The notes beneath the pieces are model-generated. The model was not told the DNA's origin, made no database searches, and saw only the letters and a list, made by a program, of their open reading frames with translations. This document shows, piece after piece, positions 1 through 9,325 of a stretch of DNA of 64,000 nt. The position numbers were made by a program, and so were the translations under genes. The stretch lies in IMG/VR virus record IMGVR_UViG_3300027747_004323, one strand, 5' to 3'. The stretch comes from an uncultured virus (IMG/VR IMGVR_UViG_3300027747_004323) (lineage: Duplodnaviria > Heunggongvirae > Uroviricota > Caudoviricetes). Within the stretch, counting starts at the first letter, position 1. Every line of letters starts with the position of its first letter.

Positions 1-480
1 TCTACGCTTCATGATCTGCGCCTGCTCCTGGTCGGCCTTGAGGATGCCGGCATAGGAGTCGTAAGGTGACTCCACGACGAAGCAGTTGGAGAGTGACTGG
101 TACTGATAGGGATTCCCGACCGCAGACATGGGAGAACCCTGCGGGACGACAGGTCCCAGACCGCGAGACTCCGCAGCCAGCTCATCCAAGGTCATGACTT
201 CACGTCGAGAAGCATCGATGTGCTCAACGTCGGCGAGGAGACAGAAGATCTCCTTCTCCGACATCGGGTTGGGATACTTTGCCTCGATTCGTGCGAACTC
301 TCGTGCGAGTCGTCGGTGCATGTCCGACGGCGTCTTCTCGAGAATGTTGCCTGAGTTGTCCCTCAGCGCGTACTTGGACACGAAGACAGAGGCGGCGAGT
401 TCGTCACCGCCAAAGTATTCCAACGTCGCGCTGTAAGCCTCGTCCTGTGTGTACTTGGTCATGATTTGCGATTGCTCCAT
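1..480 (-). CDS. nrdJ: Ribonucleotide reductase, probably class II (B12-dependent); N-terminal part, truncated at window edge
   Basis: Hand translation (not in ORF track): (MEQSQI)MTKYTQDEAYSATLEYFGGDELAASVFVSKYAL...PQGSPMSAVGNPYQYQSLSNCFVVESPYDSYAGILKADQEQAQIMKRR. PQGSPM and SNCFV are RNR motifs. Start at 480 or 462. Confidence 0.8.
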   Translation of the reverse strand, partial: MEQSQIMTKYTQDEAYSATLEYFGGDELAASVFVSKYALRDNSGNILEKTPSDMHRRLAREFARIEAKYPNPMSEKEIFCLLADVEHIDASRREVMTLDELAAESRGLGPVVPQGSPMSAVGNPYQYQSLSNCFVVESPYDSYAGILKADQEQAQIMKRR

Positions 481-500
481 GATGTGGATCCTTAACTATA

Positions 501-1937
501 CTACAATGCTCGTGCTTCTTCAGCGACGTTCGGGCTGGTTTTCTGAGGAGGGAATTCGTTCTTCATTTCCTTCCACTTCGCGCGAAGAGCTTGACGTTGG
601 GCCTCTTCTTCGGACACCACCGCCGTGTCAGGAGCGTCTGACTCTCCTGTGATCTCAAACTTACTACGTGCCGTGTTCATCTTCAGAGGAAAGACAAGGC
701 CGTCTCGGCCTGCACGATTCTTAGCCACATAGAGGCGACCCCAGCCGCTTGCTTTCTCGTGTGGTCGCCTCGAGACCGAGACGATGAGGTCGCAAATCAT
801 CGCCTTGCCGTAGGCCTCTGACATGTTCGTCATGTCGATCACCTCGGCATTCGCACCCTCTTTGTTCGACTGTGATGCAGTCCAGATGGGTACGCCAAGC
901 TCCATCGCGAGGCCTCGTAGCTCCTCGTAGACGAGCTTGAGCTCGTGTCGTAGAGAGTCGAACTGTCGAGTCGACCTCATGATGTCAGCGTAGTCGATGA
1001 TGATGATGTCTGGCTTGAATCCCTTTAGGTCGAGACGTTCGATGTGCGACTTGATCGTGTAGATGGATGCTGTATTTGTGGGATATTCTTTGATGAACAA
1101 CCGACCAAGTCGATTGTCCTCGTAGAACTTCTTGACCTCCTCCTTACGGTCCATCACCTCGTTCGAGTCGATGTCACAGAGATTGGAGTCGTACCTGATA
1201 CCGACTGCCGTCTCGGACAGCTCGAAGGTGTAGTGGAGGACGTTCTTGCCTTCACGAAGGGCGTTGGCTCCAATCATGGTGAGCCAGTGAGACTTGCCGC
1301 TGCCGGAGGCACCGACGACGCAGAGGAGTTCACCCTTGCCGCTGCCGCCGTTGAGGATCTCTTTCTTGTCGAGCTCCGGGATTCGAGTCGGAATGGTGTC
1401 ACGCTTCAACTTCGTGAAACGTGCGTCCATCTCGTTGAAGAAGTCGTGTCCCACAGAGGGAGCAGTACCGACTTGGACGGCCTTCTTGATCGTCTCCACG
1501 ATGGACTCATATTTGTTCGCCTGCATCTGGTCGACTGCAGACTCGAGAGCCTTCTTGAGTGCCTGCTTCCTGCAGAACTCGAGCGACTTCTCCTTGACGT
1601 ACTGAAGGTCGCCAGGATCTGGGTTCGCCTTCATTCTCTGGAGGTAGTCGATGATCTGGTCCCGCAGGATGACGTCCGTTCCCGTCTTCAGATCGTCACG
1701 AATGATCGTGACGAGAAGCTGTAGCGTCGGAAACACCTTGTATTTCTTCGAATACGCAAAGTAACGATCCGCCAAGAACTTGAGATAATTCACCTCGAAG
1801 TAGGAGATGTCGACCACCTCCGTCATCTGTTCGGCCCATTTGTGATCGGTCAGAAGAGCTTGTCCGAGTTTCTCCTGGAAGGACTTGCCGAACTGACCGA
1901 AAGTTACGCCTGAGTGCTTATTGTCGTTTTCTAGCAT
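501..1937 (-). CDS. Replicative DNA helicase (DnaB/T4 gp41-like)
   Basis: Walker A GASGSGKS, TFELSE, IIIDYAD, TASQSN, KNRAG motifs. Confidence 0.92.
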   Translation of the reverse strand: MLENDNKHSGVTFGQFGKSFQEKLGQALLTDHKWAEQMTEVVDISYFEVNYLKFLADRYFAYSKKYKVFPTLQLLVTIIRDDLKTGTDVILRDQIIDYLQRMKANPDPGDLQYVKEKSLEFCRKQALKKALESAVDQMQANKYESIVETIKKAVQVGTAPSVGHDFFNEMDARFTKLKRDTIPTRIPELDKKEILNGGSGKGELLCVVGASGSGKSHWLTMIGANALREGKNVLHYTFELSETAVGIRYDSNLCDIDSNEVMDRKEEVKKFYEDNRLGRLFIKEYPTNTASIYTIKSHIERLDLKGFKPDIIIIDYADIMRSTRQFDSLRHELKLVYEELRGLAMELGVPIWTASQSNKEGANAEVIDMTNMSEAYGKAMICDLIVSVSRRPHEKASGWGRLYVAKNRAGRDGLVFPLKMNTARSKFEITGESDAPDTAVVSEEEAQRQALRAKWKEMKNEFPPQKTSPNVAEEARAL

Positions 1938-2908
1938 TGACTCTCCGAAGTATATCTCAGCTTCTCAATGCACTTGAGGTCATAGAAGAACCCCTCAGCA
2001 TCAAAGTCGTTGATTCCTTCCTTTACAAGGATCTTTAGTAGGCCCATCTTATTGATCACGGGAGCAAATGTATCGACCACATAATCCACCTTCTTCATCT
2101 GGTCAGGCGACATCATGTTTCCGTCGAGGTGGACGAGTTGCCAGTTCCTCTTCACGTCACCTGAGGACTCGTCGACCCTCTTGTATGCCACGCTGTCGTC
2201 CCTGTGACTCGTCGCATAGTCGAGGAGGTCTTGAAGCACGATCGTGTCGTCGCTTCCCAGCATGGGAAACTTCTTCGCGATGCTCTTGAAGCCCAAGCCT
2301 TTGACACCGGGAATGTTGTCGGAGTCGTCGCCGCAGAGGCACTTGGCGAGGGCAAAGTTGTGCGACTTGATGCGAAATTCTCCGAAGAGGTCATCGTTAG
2401 TGATGAACTTCTTCCTGTAGAGCGAGTAGATCTTCGTCCTTTCGTCCAGCAGCTGATACATGTCTTTGTCGGCAGAGACGATGACCTTGTCTACTTCCCG
2501 AAAAGTCGACCTGCAGAGATATGCGACGACGTCGTCACCCTCGCAGTCAGACACGTAGATCTGGCACACGGGAACGTTCTTGAGAACGTTGAGGAGAGTG
2601 ATGAGCTGGTGTTGCTTGTTCTCCTCAGAGTCTGGGATGTCGTCCTCGTAGAATCGATTGAGTCTTCCGGGCTTTCGATTCATCTTGTATTCTGAGTAGA
2701 TCTTTCTTCGTCTCTGGGATCCTCCGCCTTCCCAAGTGACGTAGACCTGCGACGGCTGATATTCCCTACAGAGGCGTTGAAGCGTCTTGAGAAAACCGAT
2801 GCATCCTCCCATCTGATAGCCATGGGAGGACATCTGTGGAAACGCACTGTATGCCCTGAGGTATGCGTTCATTCCGTCAATGATGAAGATGGGTCGCTCA
2901 CTCGACAT
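1931..2908 (-). CDS. 5'-3' exonuclease / flap endonuclease (PolI N-terminal or T4 RNase H-like)
   Basis: IIDGMN, YKMNR, EGDDVV, SADKDMYQL, GDDSDNIPGVKGLGFK (H3TH) motifs. Confidence 0.9.
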   Translation of the reverse strand: MSSERPIFIIDGMNAYLRAYSAFPQMSSHGYQMGGCIGFLKTLQRLCREYQPSQVYVTWEGGGSQRRRKIYSEYKMNRKPGRLNRFYEDDIPDSEENKQHQLITLLNVLKNVPVCQIYVSDCEGDDVVAYLCRSTFREVDKVIVSADKDMYQLLDERTKIYSLYRKKFITNDDLFGEFRIKSHNFALAKCLCGDDSDNIPGVKGLGFKSIAKKFPMLGSDDTIVLQDLLDYATSHRDDSVAYKRVDESSGDVKRNWQLVHLDGNMMSPDQMKKVDYVVDTFAPVINKMGLLKILVKEGINDFDAEGFFYDLKCIEKLRYTSESQC

Positions 2909-2953
2909 GGGTAGAACTTACCACACGTCGAGTGAGCAGTACAAAGGATCGTC

Positions 2954-3958
2954 TCAAAGGATTTGCGATGCGATGAGACAGCCTCTTGCCACCGCGTGGA
3001 GAGGATCGGCGGCGTGGCGGACTTCCTTTACGGGAAGTGGGAATCCGTTTGCGATCAGCTTCTTCTCGAAGTGTGCCACGAATCCTTTCGCCTTCGACGT
3101 TCCTCCTGCCACGATCACGGGCAGGGGATCCTTGAAATTGGGGAGCGACTTGTGACCTTCCATCGAGGCAGCAAGCTGCTTCGTGGTGTAGTCGATGAGA
3201 CGGTCGTAGTAGGACGACACGGCTGCGAGCACCTGGTTTTCGTTTGGTTCTGCGACAGTAAAGTCGCCCTGTTCTTTCTCGGCCTGAACGACGGAGTCAG
3301 ACTCTCCCGTCGCGACGGCGGACATCCTGTCGATCCAGTCGCCACTCTTCGTGGTGGAGAACGTGACAGTGGGCTCGCCGTTCAGCATCACGCAGACGTT
3401 CACCATGCCTGCACCCCAAGAGAGAGCGACGCCCGTGTAGTCGTCGTCCGACAACTCAGAATAGCAGAGAGCTTCTGCCTCGTTGATGGCACGAGAGTCG
3501 TAGCCGCACTCCTGAAGCACCTTCTTCACGACGTCCTCGTGGTAGCCTACGTCGAAGTCGTCGTCCTCTTGGTCGACTGGCTGTGCAGGGATGCAGAAGA
3601 CGAGCTTCTCTCCCTGCGTCGTCGCCTTGCCTGCGACTTCCTTGAGGATGTAGGAGAGGACACGGCGAGCATCCTTTTCCTTCGCAGAGACGACGCCTCT
3701 GTACATGGGACGCTTCGCAGAGTCATTTCTCTCAACTGCTTTCTCGATCGCGTCTTGCCCCAAGATGATGAAGGACCCGTCTGTGTCCTTGACGAAGACT
3801 TTGCCCGTGAGGCCCTTCTCGATCATCTTCGTCGCGATGGGTGTCGTCGGCTTGATGACGTAGAAAGCGTCACGAAAATCCTTGTACTCTACGGTTCCTT
3901 CGGTACCCTCCGAGGAGAGGACGATGAACGATGTGCCTACGTCTAGTCCCTTTGCCAT
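2954..3958 (-). CDS. Actin-like ATPase (MreB/MamK/ParM superfamily)
   Basis: Phosphate-1 GLDVGTS, connect-1 INEAEA, phosphate-2 SWGAGMVNV, adenosine VAGGTSKAKG, connect-2 DPLHAVARG; 334 aa. Confidence 0.8.
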   Translation of the reverse strand: MAKGLDVGTSFIVLSSEGTEGTVEYKDFRDAFYVIKPTTPIATKMIEKGLTGKVFVKDTDGSFIILGQDAIEKAVERNDSAKRPMYRGVVSAKEKDARRVLSYILKEVAGKATTQGEKLVFCIPAQPVDQEDDDFDVGYHEDVVKKVLQECGYDSRAINEAEALCYSELSDDDYTGVALSWGAGMVNVCVMLNGEPTVTFSTTKSGDWIDRMSAVATGESDSVVQAEKEQGDFTVAEPNENQVLAAVSSYYDRLIDYTTKQLAASMEGHKSLPNFKDPLPVIVAGGTSKAKGFVAHFEKKLIANGFPLPVKEVRHAADPLHAVARGCLIASQIL

Positions 3959-3963
3959 GTCGT

Positions 3964-4266
3964 TTATCCTTTCATCTTCTTCAGTTGTGCGAGCTTGCTC
4001 GTCGCAGAAGCGATATCGTCAGACGTCTGTGAGACCTTTCCCAGAGGCTCCTTGCTGAGAGTCTGCATCCCGCTGGTGGACACGTCTGTCACAAACTTGG
4101 CGTCGTCGATGTCGATCTTCTTGCGTTGCTTCTGCTCCTTGGCGACGGTTGCCACGAAGGAAGTGGACTCGGTCCCCCGCAGGATCCGGAAGATGCTGTC
4201 CACCCGACCTGTGAGGTAACCGAGACCGAATCCCAAACCTAAGCCACCGAGTAAGTATTCGATCAT
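3964..4266 (-). CDS. Small protein with N-terminal hydrophobic/membrane segment
   Basis: Likely start MIEYLLGGLGLGFGLGYLTG directly after the dUTPase stop; 100 aa. Confidence 0.65.
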   Translation of the reverse strand: MIEYLLGGLGLGFGLGYLTGRVDSIFRILRGTESTSFVATVAKEQKQRKKIDIDDAKFVTDVSTSGMQTLSKEPLGKVSQTSDDIASATSKLAQLKKMKG

Positions 4267-4267
4267 G

Positions 4268-4702
4268 TCACTTTCCTGTCGAACCAAAGCCGCCGCTGCC
4301 TCGCTCCGTCTCCGAGAGGCTGTCCACATTGCGCAGGTTGACCTGTAGCGTTGGCGAGAAAACGAGTTGGGCAATCCTATCGCCCTTTTTGACGGAATAA
4401 ACCTCGTGACCGTGGTTGATGAGGAGGACCTTGACTTCACCTCGATAGTCGGCGTCGATGGTGCCTGGGGTGTTGAGGACTGTCACCCCGTGCTTCAGCG
4501 CGAGGCCCGACCGAGGCCTCACCTGACCCTCGAAACCCTCAGGAATCTCGAGGTACAGGCCTGTCGGCACCAGAGCCCTTTGTGCAGGAAGGATGTCGAC
4601 GTCGACGGTCGACCTCACGTCGACCCCAGATGCACCCTTAGTGGCATACTCGGGGACGTACTGCCCCTTGAAGGGAACGTTGGGTCTAATCAGCTTACTC
4701 AT
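4268..4702 (-). CDS. dut: dUTPase (trimeric)
   Basis: [39 protein letters not shown] motifs. Confidence 0.97.
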   Translation of the reverse strand: MSKLIRPNVPFKGQYVPEYATKGASGVDVRSTVDVDILPAQRALVPTGLYLEIPEGFEGQVRPRSGLALKHGVTVLNTPGTIDADYRGEVKVLLINHGHEVYSVKKGDRIAQLVFSPTLQVNLRNVDSLSETERGSGGFGSTGK

Positions 4703-5885
4703 CTGATGTGATCTCCTCCTCGATTAGTTGCTCGATCGTCCCAGGATTGATGGTGAGTGCAGCATCGATTGCCGTCATGATGTACTTCCTGTACTTCTCG
4801 TCCCTCATCAAGGCACCGAACTCGCTCTTGTAGAACTTCTTCTCGGCGAGGACCTCACCCGTCTTCTCGTCGTTAACGGTGAGCTCTTTCCAGGCACCGT
4901 CACCGCTGATGTTGATGCGGAGGTTGTCGCGCAGGACGCCCTTGTTCTCCTTGCAGTAAGTCCTCACCTCGTCGAAGATGTAGTCGTCCTCGACGATGCC
5001 CTTGCCGAAGATGATGTCGAACTCGCACTTCTTGAAGGGCGGTGCCACCTTGTTCTTCTTCACGGTGCAGATGACGTGGATTCCGATGATGTTTCCCGCC
5101 TTGTCCTTGACAGGATTGCCGCTCGTGAGAGAGACCCTCACAGAGGCGTGGAAGGGGATCGCCTTTCCACCAGGCGTCGTGGTCGGGTCTCCATACATCA
5201 CACCAATCTTGTCTCGAATCTGGTTGAGGCACAGGAGCGTGACGTTGTTCTGACCGATGACACCAGTGATCTTGCGCATGCCCTTGGAGATGACTCGGGC
5301 CTGCAGACCGATCGTGTTGTCCTCGTACTCACCGTCGAGCTCCATCTTGGGAGACGTGGCGGCGACTGAGTCCCAGATCACGACGATGGGGACGTTCTTC
5401 TCCACGATGGCCTTCGCCTTCGTGATGGTGGACTCGATGATGGAGAACACCTCCTCTGTCATGTGGGAGTCGCAGTACACGAAACGCTTCCTGATGTCGA
5501 TCCCCATGTCAGAAAGCTTCTGAACGGGCACGGAATTCTCCGTATCTACGTAAACAACAAGACCTCCCAATTTCTGGGCGACTGATGCTGCGTGGTAAGC
5601 CAAGTGCGACTTACCGCTCGAGGGAGGACCGCTAATTTCGATGATTCTACCCTCAGGGTAACCGCCCTCAGAGGCGTTTCTGATGGCATAGTTAAGCTGA
5701 AGTGAGCCGGTGTCTATCCAGCGCTTCACAACGGTAGGCGCATCCATCTCTGAAAGATTGTATGCGATTCGCGTTCCAAACTCTTTGTTGATGTCTCTAA
5801 TCAACTCAGCTGTCAAGTCAATTACGCTGTCTTTTGACTTAAGCGTTGAAGAATCATCATTTTGAGCTCGTTCTTTTTTTGCCAT
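4695..5885 (-). CDS. recA: RecA/UvsX recombinase
   Basis: [57 protein letters not shown]. Confidence 0.95.
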   Translation of the reverse strand: MAKKERAQNDDSSTLKSKDSVIDLTAELIRDINKEFGTRIAYNLSEMDAPTVVKRWIDTGSLQLNYAIRNASEGGYPEGRIIEISGPPSSGKSHLAYHAASVAQKLGGLVVYVDTENSVPVQKLSDMGIDIRKRFVYCDSHMTEEVFSIIESTITKAKAIVEKNVPIVVIWDSVAATSPKMELDGEYEDNTIGLQARVISKGMRKITGVIGQNNVTLLCLNQIRDKIGVMYGDPTTTPGGKAIPFHASVRVSLTSGNPVKDKAGNIIGIHVICTVKKNKVAPPFKKCEFDIIFGKGIVEDDYIFDEVRTYCKENKGVLRDNLRINISGDGAWKELTVNDEKTGEVLAEKKFYKSEFGALMRDEKYRKYIMTAIDAALTINPGTIEQLIEEEITSDE

Positions 5886-6751
5886 GTGTTTATGTCCTCG
5901 TCCGTTATTCTAACCAGGCGGATACCTGATTGTTCAGCCCACTCGTCTTGTTCGCGGTCTTTAACATAAGTCTTGAGAATCCTCGCGTCTTTTGACGACT
6001 TGCTCTCTCTTATGAGCTCGTGAGGTCGGTTTAGCCCATGCCAATAAACACCATCTACCTGAAGATAGACGTTCAATGACGAGATGAAGAAGTCAATAGA
6101 CCAACGATTGTTAACACTAACTTGTGTCTTGACGTCTTCGTCACCAAAGATCTCTTTTAAGGTCTCACCTACGAAGTTTTCGATTTTAGAACTGTACGAA
6201 CCCGTACGTGTCTGACGTCTTGTTTCTTGTGACTTCCTATAAACTTCAGACCAGTCGAAGTTCTTCTTCACTTCTTCTATTTGCATGGGATATGCAACGC
6301 CGTAGCGTGTCATGTTGGTCTCAACTCTCTTTTCAAGAATCGAGGTTTTTTCTTCGATCGACTTTCTCTTATAAGTCTCACTTTCTTTGTCTTTGACCTG
6401 TTGAGACTTTGCTGGATTGTCTACACCGTACTTCTCGATGCACGTTCTCTTGACTTTGTCAGAGATGACTTTACATCGCAAAGGATTATCGGCACCGTAT
6501 CTCTCTTCGAGAACAGATCTGATCTTTTCCTTTATCACAGGACTTTTGAAAACATTTTCTGTGCCGAATCGTTCGAGCGTAGTCTTCTTAGTTTTTTCGA
6601 AGATTTTTCCGCCTTCTTCTTTTGCTTTTCTGATGCATTCCTTACAACAAAAATGCAGGTCGCCGCATTGTGAGATGTATTTGATGAAAGTGGTATTGCA
6701 TGTGTCACATGCAACTTCACACTTAGTGCGTGTAACGTTTCTGATAAACAT
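5822..6751 (-). CDS. Putative free-standing homing endonuclease (Zn finger, K-x-T-x-E-R/K-Y-G repeats, C-terminal Vsr/PD-(D/E)XK-like domain)
   Basis: CDTC..FCCKEC; repeats TTLERFGTEN, VLEERYGADN, TCIEKYGVDN, TNMTRYGVAY; IDFFI..VDGVYWHG..DREQD..GIRLVRI; markedly AT-rich. Start 6751 preferred (5 nt after ATACTTA); longest ORF starts at 6778. Confidence 0.7.
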   Translation of the reverse strand: MFIRNVTRTKCEVACDTCNTTFIKYISQCGDLHFCCKECIRKAKEEGGKIFEKTKKTTLERFGTENVFKSPVIKEKIRSVLEERYGADNPLRCKVISDKVKRTCIEKYGVDNPAKSQQVKDKESETYKRKSIEEKTSILEKRVETNMTRYGVAYPMQIEEVKKNFDWSEVYRKSQETRRQTRTGSYSSKIENFVGETLKEIFGDEDVKTQVSVNNRWSIDFFISSLNVYLQVDGVYWHGLNRPHELIRESKSSKDARILKTYVKDREQDEWAEQSGIRLVRITDEDINTWQKKNELKMMILQRLSQKTA

Positions 6752-6776
6752 GCATCTAAGTATGCTATGCTTGTGC

Positions 6777-6813
6777 AAAAAAGAAGGGGGACAGCATATG
6801 CTGTCCCCCTTCT
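6777..6813 (-). terminator. Rho-independent terminator after SSB gene
   Basis: Perfect palindrome AGAAGGGGGACAGCAT/ATGCTGTCCCCCTTCT (6782-6813) followed by a T-run on the minus strand. Confidence 0.8.
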
Positions 6814-6821
6814 CATGTCTG

Positions 6822-7661
6822 TTACTCGTCCATCAGCTCGGCGAAGGCGTCATCAAGCGATGACTTCTTCGTCTCGGTCTTCTTTGGAGCAGGCTTCTTT
6901 TCCACCTTCTCCGAAGAAGGCTTCAGTTCGGCGGCGAGAGAGTCGAGCTCGTCGGTCGGTGCAGGACCTCGAGTCGAGCCACCCTCGTGGACCGGCTCAG
7001 GAGAGCTGCCGCCGTTGAGCCAGTTGTTGAGGACGGCCTCGATCTCTTGCGTCGTCTTGAGACGATACATGTCGTCGATGTTCGGGATCGAGTCAAGCCA
7101 CTTCTGGGCGGTGGCGGAGTCCTCGTGAAGCTTCGAGGGACGACGGGCCGGATCGACCGTTGTGTCGTTGAACTGCTTGCCTGGTGCCTTCGTGATTGAC
7201 ACCTTGAGGTCGAAACCCTCCGTCGGAGAGAGGATGTCGCCCACCTCCTCGTCGAGGAAGAATCCCAGCATGCGCTGGTACACCTGCTTGCCGAAGGACC
7301 ACACCTGTACGCCCTTGTCCTCTTCGCCACGAACGATGACGGGAGCGTAGCATCGCATCTTTGCAGAAAGCTTCTTCGCGAGGACACGGTCGTCGGGCTT
7401 GCCGCTGCTGTACAGCTTCCTCATGAGGTCGTTGATTGGGTCCGGCTTTCCGAACTGATTCGGTGCCAAGATTCCGCTGTTCTCACCGATGTAGTAGAAC
7501 CACCGCTCCATGAACGGCTGACCGTCAGAAGCGTTCTTCCAAGGCAGACAGCGGACCTTGTGTTCACCGAGACCCGGCTTCCACATCTGCACAGACGAGG
7601 TCTTCTTCACACCACTGAGCTCAGCGACACGCTTCTTGATTGCTTCGAGATCGATAGCCAT
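6822..7661 (-). CDS. Single-stranded DNA-binding protein (T4 gp32-like)
   Basis: WKP..VRCLP, GKPDPI, VIVRGEEDKGVQVWSFGK, GFDLKV, acidic C-terminus LDDAFAELMDE. Confidence 0.85.
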   Translation of the reverse strand: MAIDLEAIKKRVAELSGVKKTSSVQMWKPGLGEHKVRCLPWKNASDGQPFMERWFYYIGENSGILAPNQFGKPDPINDLMRKLYSSGKPDDRVLAKKLSAKMRCYAPVIVRGEEDKGVQVWSFGKQVYQRMLGFFLDEEVGDILSPTEGFDLKVSITKAPGKQFNDTTVDPARRPSKLHEDSATAQKWLDSIPNIDDMYRLKTTQEIEAVLNNWLNGGSSPEPVHEGGSTRGPAPTDELDSLAAELKPSSEKVEKKPAPKKTETKKSSLDDAFAELMDE

Positions 7662-7806
7662 ATTCCTATTCCTATTCCTTCTTGTTCTCCGAAAGTCGAC
7701 GATTCATCGCACCGTGCGATTTGTCGATCGACGTCCTTTGAGTCTTCAACTTATCAGGTCGAGACGTAACTGTTCACATCGTGACGCAACAAAGAAACAC
7801 AGACGA

Positions 7807-8079
7807 TCACTTCCAGCGGACGAAGCCCTTCTTGGACTTCTTCAGCTTCTTGCCGGGAGCCGTGGGATTTCTTCCCATGTCTTCCGACGATGCCCCCAAG
7901 GGGCCAGTGAATCCTGCGATGTTGGCGACGACGGCCATCTCTTCCATCTCTTCCGTCTCCTCTTCCTTTTTCTTGCTTTGCTTCGACGATCCCTTGCTTG
8001 GGATCAGCTGATTGGGCACGCGGGGGTCCTGGATCTCCGCCAGGGCCTCCGCGATGAACTTCCTCAGTAAAGCGCTCAT
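7807..8079 (-). CDS. Hypothetical protein with LRxxIxE leader
   Basis: MSALLRKFIAEALAE; ATG 5 nt after ATACTTA motif. Confidence 0.6.
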   Translation of the reverse strand: MSALLRKFIAEALAEIQDPRVPNQLIPSKGSSKQSKKKEEETEEMEEMAVVANIAGFTGPLGASSEDMGRNPTAPGKKLKKSKKGFVRWK

Positions 8080-8095
8080 GCCGATAAGTATTCGG

Positions 8096-8686
8096 TCAGT
8101 CCGAGTTCTTCTCCTGTTTTGTGGAGATGTAGTCGGCAAGATGCACGACGTCGGCGAGCATGGGCTCCTTCATCTTGTAGGGAGCGTTCTCCTCGGCATA
8201 CTGCCCGTCGTTCAGCTTAATCGCGAGGAACTCTGCCTGCGTGAGCTTGAGACTGAAATGCTGACAGAGCCACACACCGCGGTCGGGAACGGTCATGTAC
8301 TGCATCGCACGATTGTGCGTGTAGTTCTCACCCAACTTTTCCACCCTCCAACCGTCCGTCTGTGGCAGGTAGTAGTCCTGTTCGTGGTCACCCACCTTGC
8401 CGATGTCGTGGAGGAGGCATCCGATGATGAGCGACTCTCTCGGAATGTCCCAGCCGAATGCCTTGACGAGACGCATCGCGTTGCCGAGGACGCGGATGGA
8501 ATGATCCACGAGACCACCCGGAAAAGCTGCATGATAATCCTTGCGCGACGACGCTGGGCACAAAGCAAGACGCTCACCGAGGTGGTCAACCAGGGCGAGC
8601 GCTGCCTCGGATCTGTCTCCGAGCTTCTCCATGAAGGAGCGATACTTGTCGAAATTTGAAGCGATGTCTTCGGGACTTAGGGTCAT
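8096..8686 (-). CDS. HD-domain hydrolase (YhaM-like HD domain)
   Basis: HAAFPGGLVDHS, LLHDIGKV, HLADY motifs. Confidence 0.8.
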   Translation of the reverse strand: MTLSPEDIASNFDKYRSFMEKLGDRSEAALALVDHLGERLALCPASSRKDYHAAFPGGLVDHSIRVLGNAMRLVKAFGWDIPRESLIIGCLLHDIGKVGDHEQDYYLPQTDGWRVEKLGENYTHNRAMQYMTVPDRGVWLCQHFSLKLTQAEFLAIKLNDGQYAEENAPYKMKEPMLADVVHLADYISTKQEKNSD

Positions 8687-8739
8687 GAGACCACAGTATC
8701 ACACCGCGGTCTCAATGTATCAAGCGCTAGGCGCTGTTA

Positions 8740-9282
8740 TCAGCTAGAAGAGGCGAGGCTCTTCGCTATCTGCTTGACCTTGGCGAGCGAAGAATCGTAC
8801 AAACGATCGGCTTCCTCATCGGACATCTTCCTGAACGTGTCGCTATCCCCCGTGACGTAGACGAGCGCATCGAGGAAGTCCGCTCCGTAGCCCATACCCA
8901 AAGCTCCGTCGACGGCATACTTGACAGCATCTTGCTTTGCGTAGTCCGGTCGGCCGGGAGAGGCACCTGTCCAGGACCAGTCCGAAGATCCAAAAGACTT
9001 CTGGATCTTCGAGGCGAGCGTGGCGGGATCAAGTGCCGCGGCGGCGCCCTTCATAGCCGAGAAGCTAGCTCCTGACTTCTTCTCGTTGGACGCGTCCTTG
9101 AAAGCAAGACGAAACTTGTCGAAGTCGGCGTCCGACAGCGCAAGCAGCGCCGTCTTGATCACGCCCCTGCCCACGCCGGCGAGGGTGCCAGAGGCCAAGG
9201 CGGTGCCGAAGTCCGCAGCTTCTCTCAAGTTGTTGACTTCTTCATTGATGATTCTACGTAGTTGGGACGATGTGAGCTTCAT
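8740..9282 (-). CDS. Hypothetical protein with LRxIIxEE leader
   Basis: Start MKLTSSQLRRIINEEVNNLREA preceded by AAGGA Shine-Dalgarno. Confidence 0.7.
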   Translation of the reverse strand: MKLTSSQLRRIINEEVNNLREAADFGTALASGTLAGVGRGVIKTALLALSDADFDKFRLAFKDASNEKKSGASFSAMKGAAAALDPATLASKIQKSFGSSDWSWTGASPGRPDYAKQDAVKYAVDGALGMGYGADFLDALVYVTGDSDTFRKMSDEEADRLYDSSLAKVKQIAKSLASSS

Positions 9283-9325
9283 TGTGATTTCCTTTTTGTG
9301 AGGACATTCACTACATATTCTGGGC

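Noticed and set aside
4252..4258. ATACTTA motif inside the small membrane-protein gene
   Set aside because: Falls within codons 3-5 and about 290 nt from the next start; likely coincidental.
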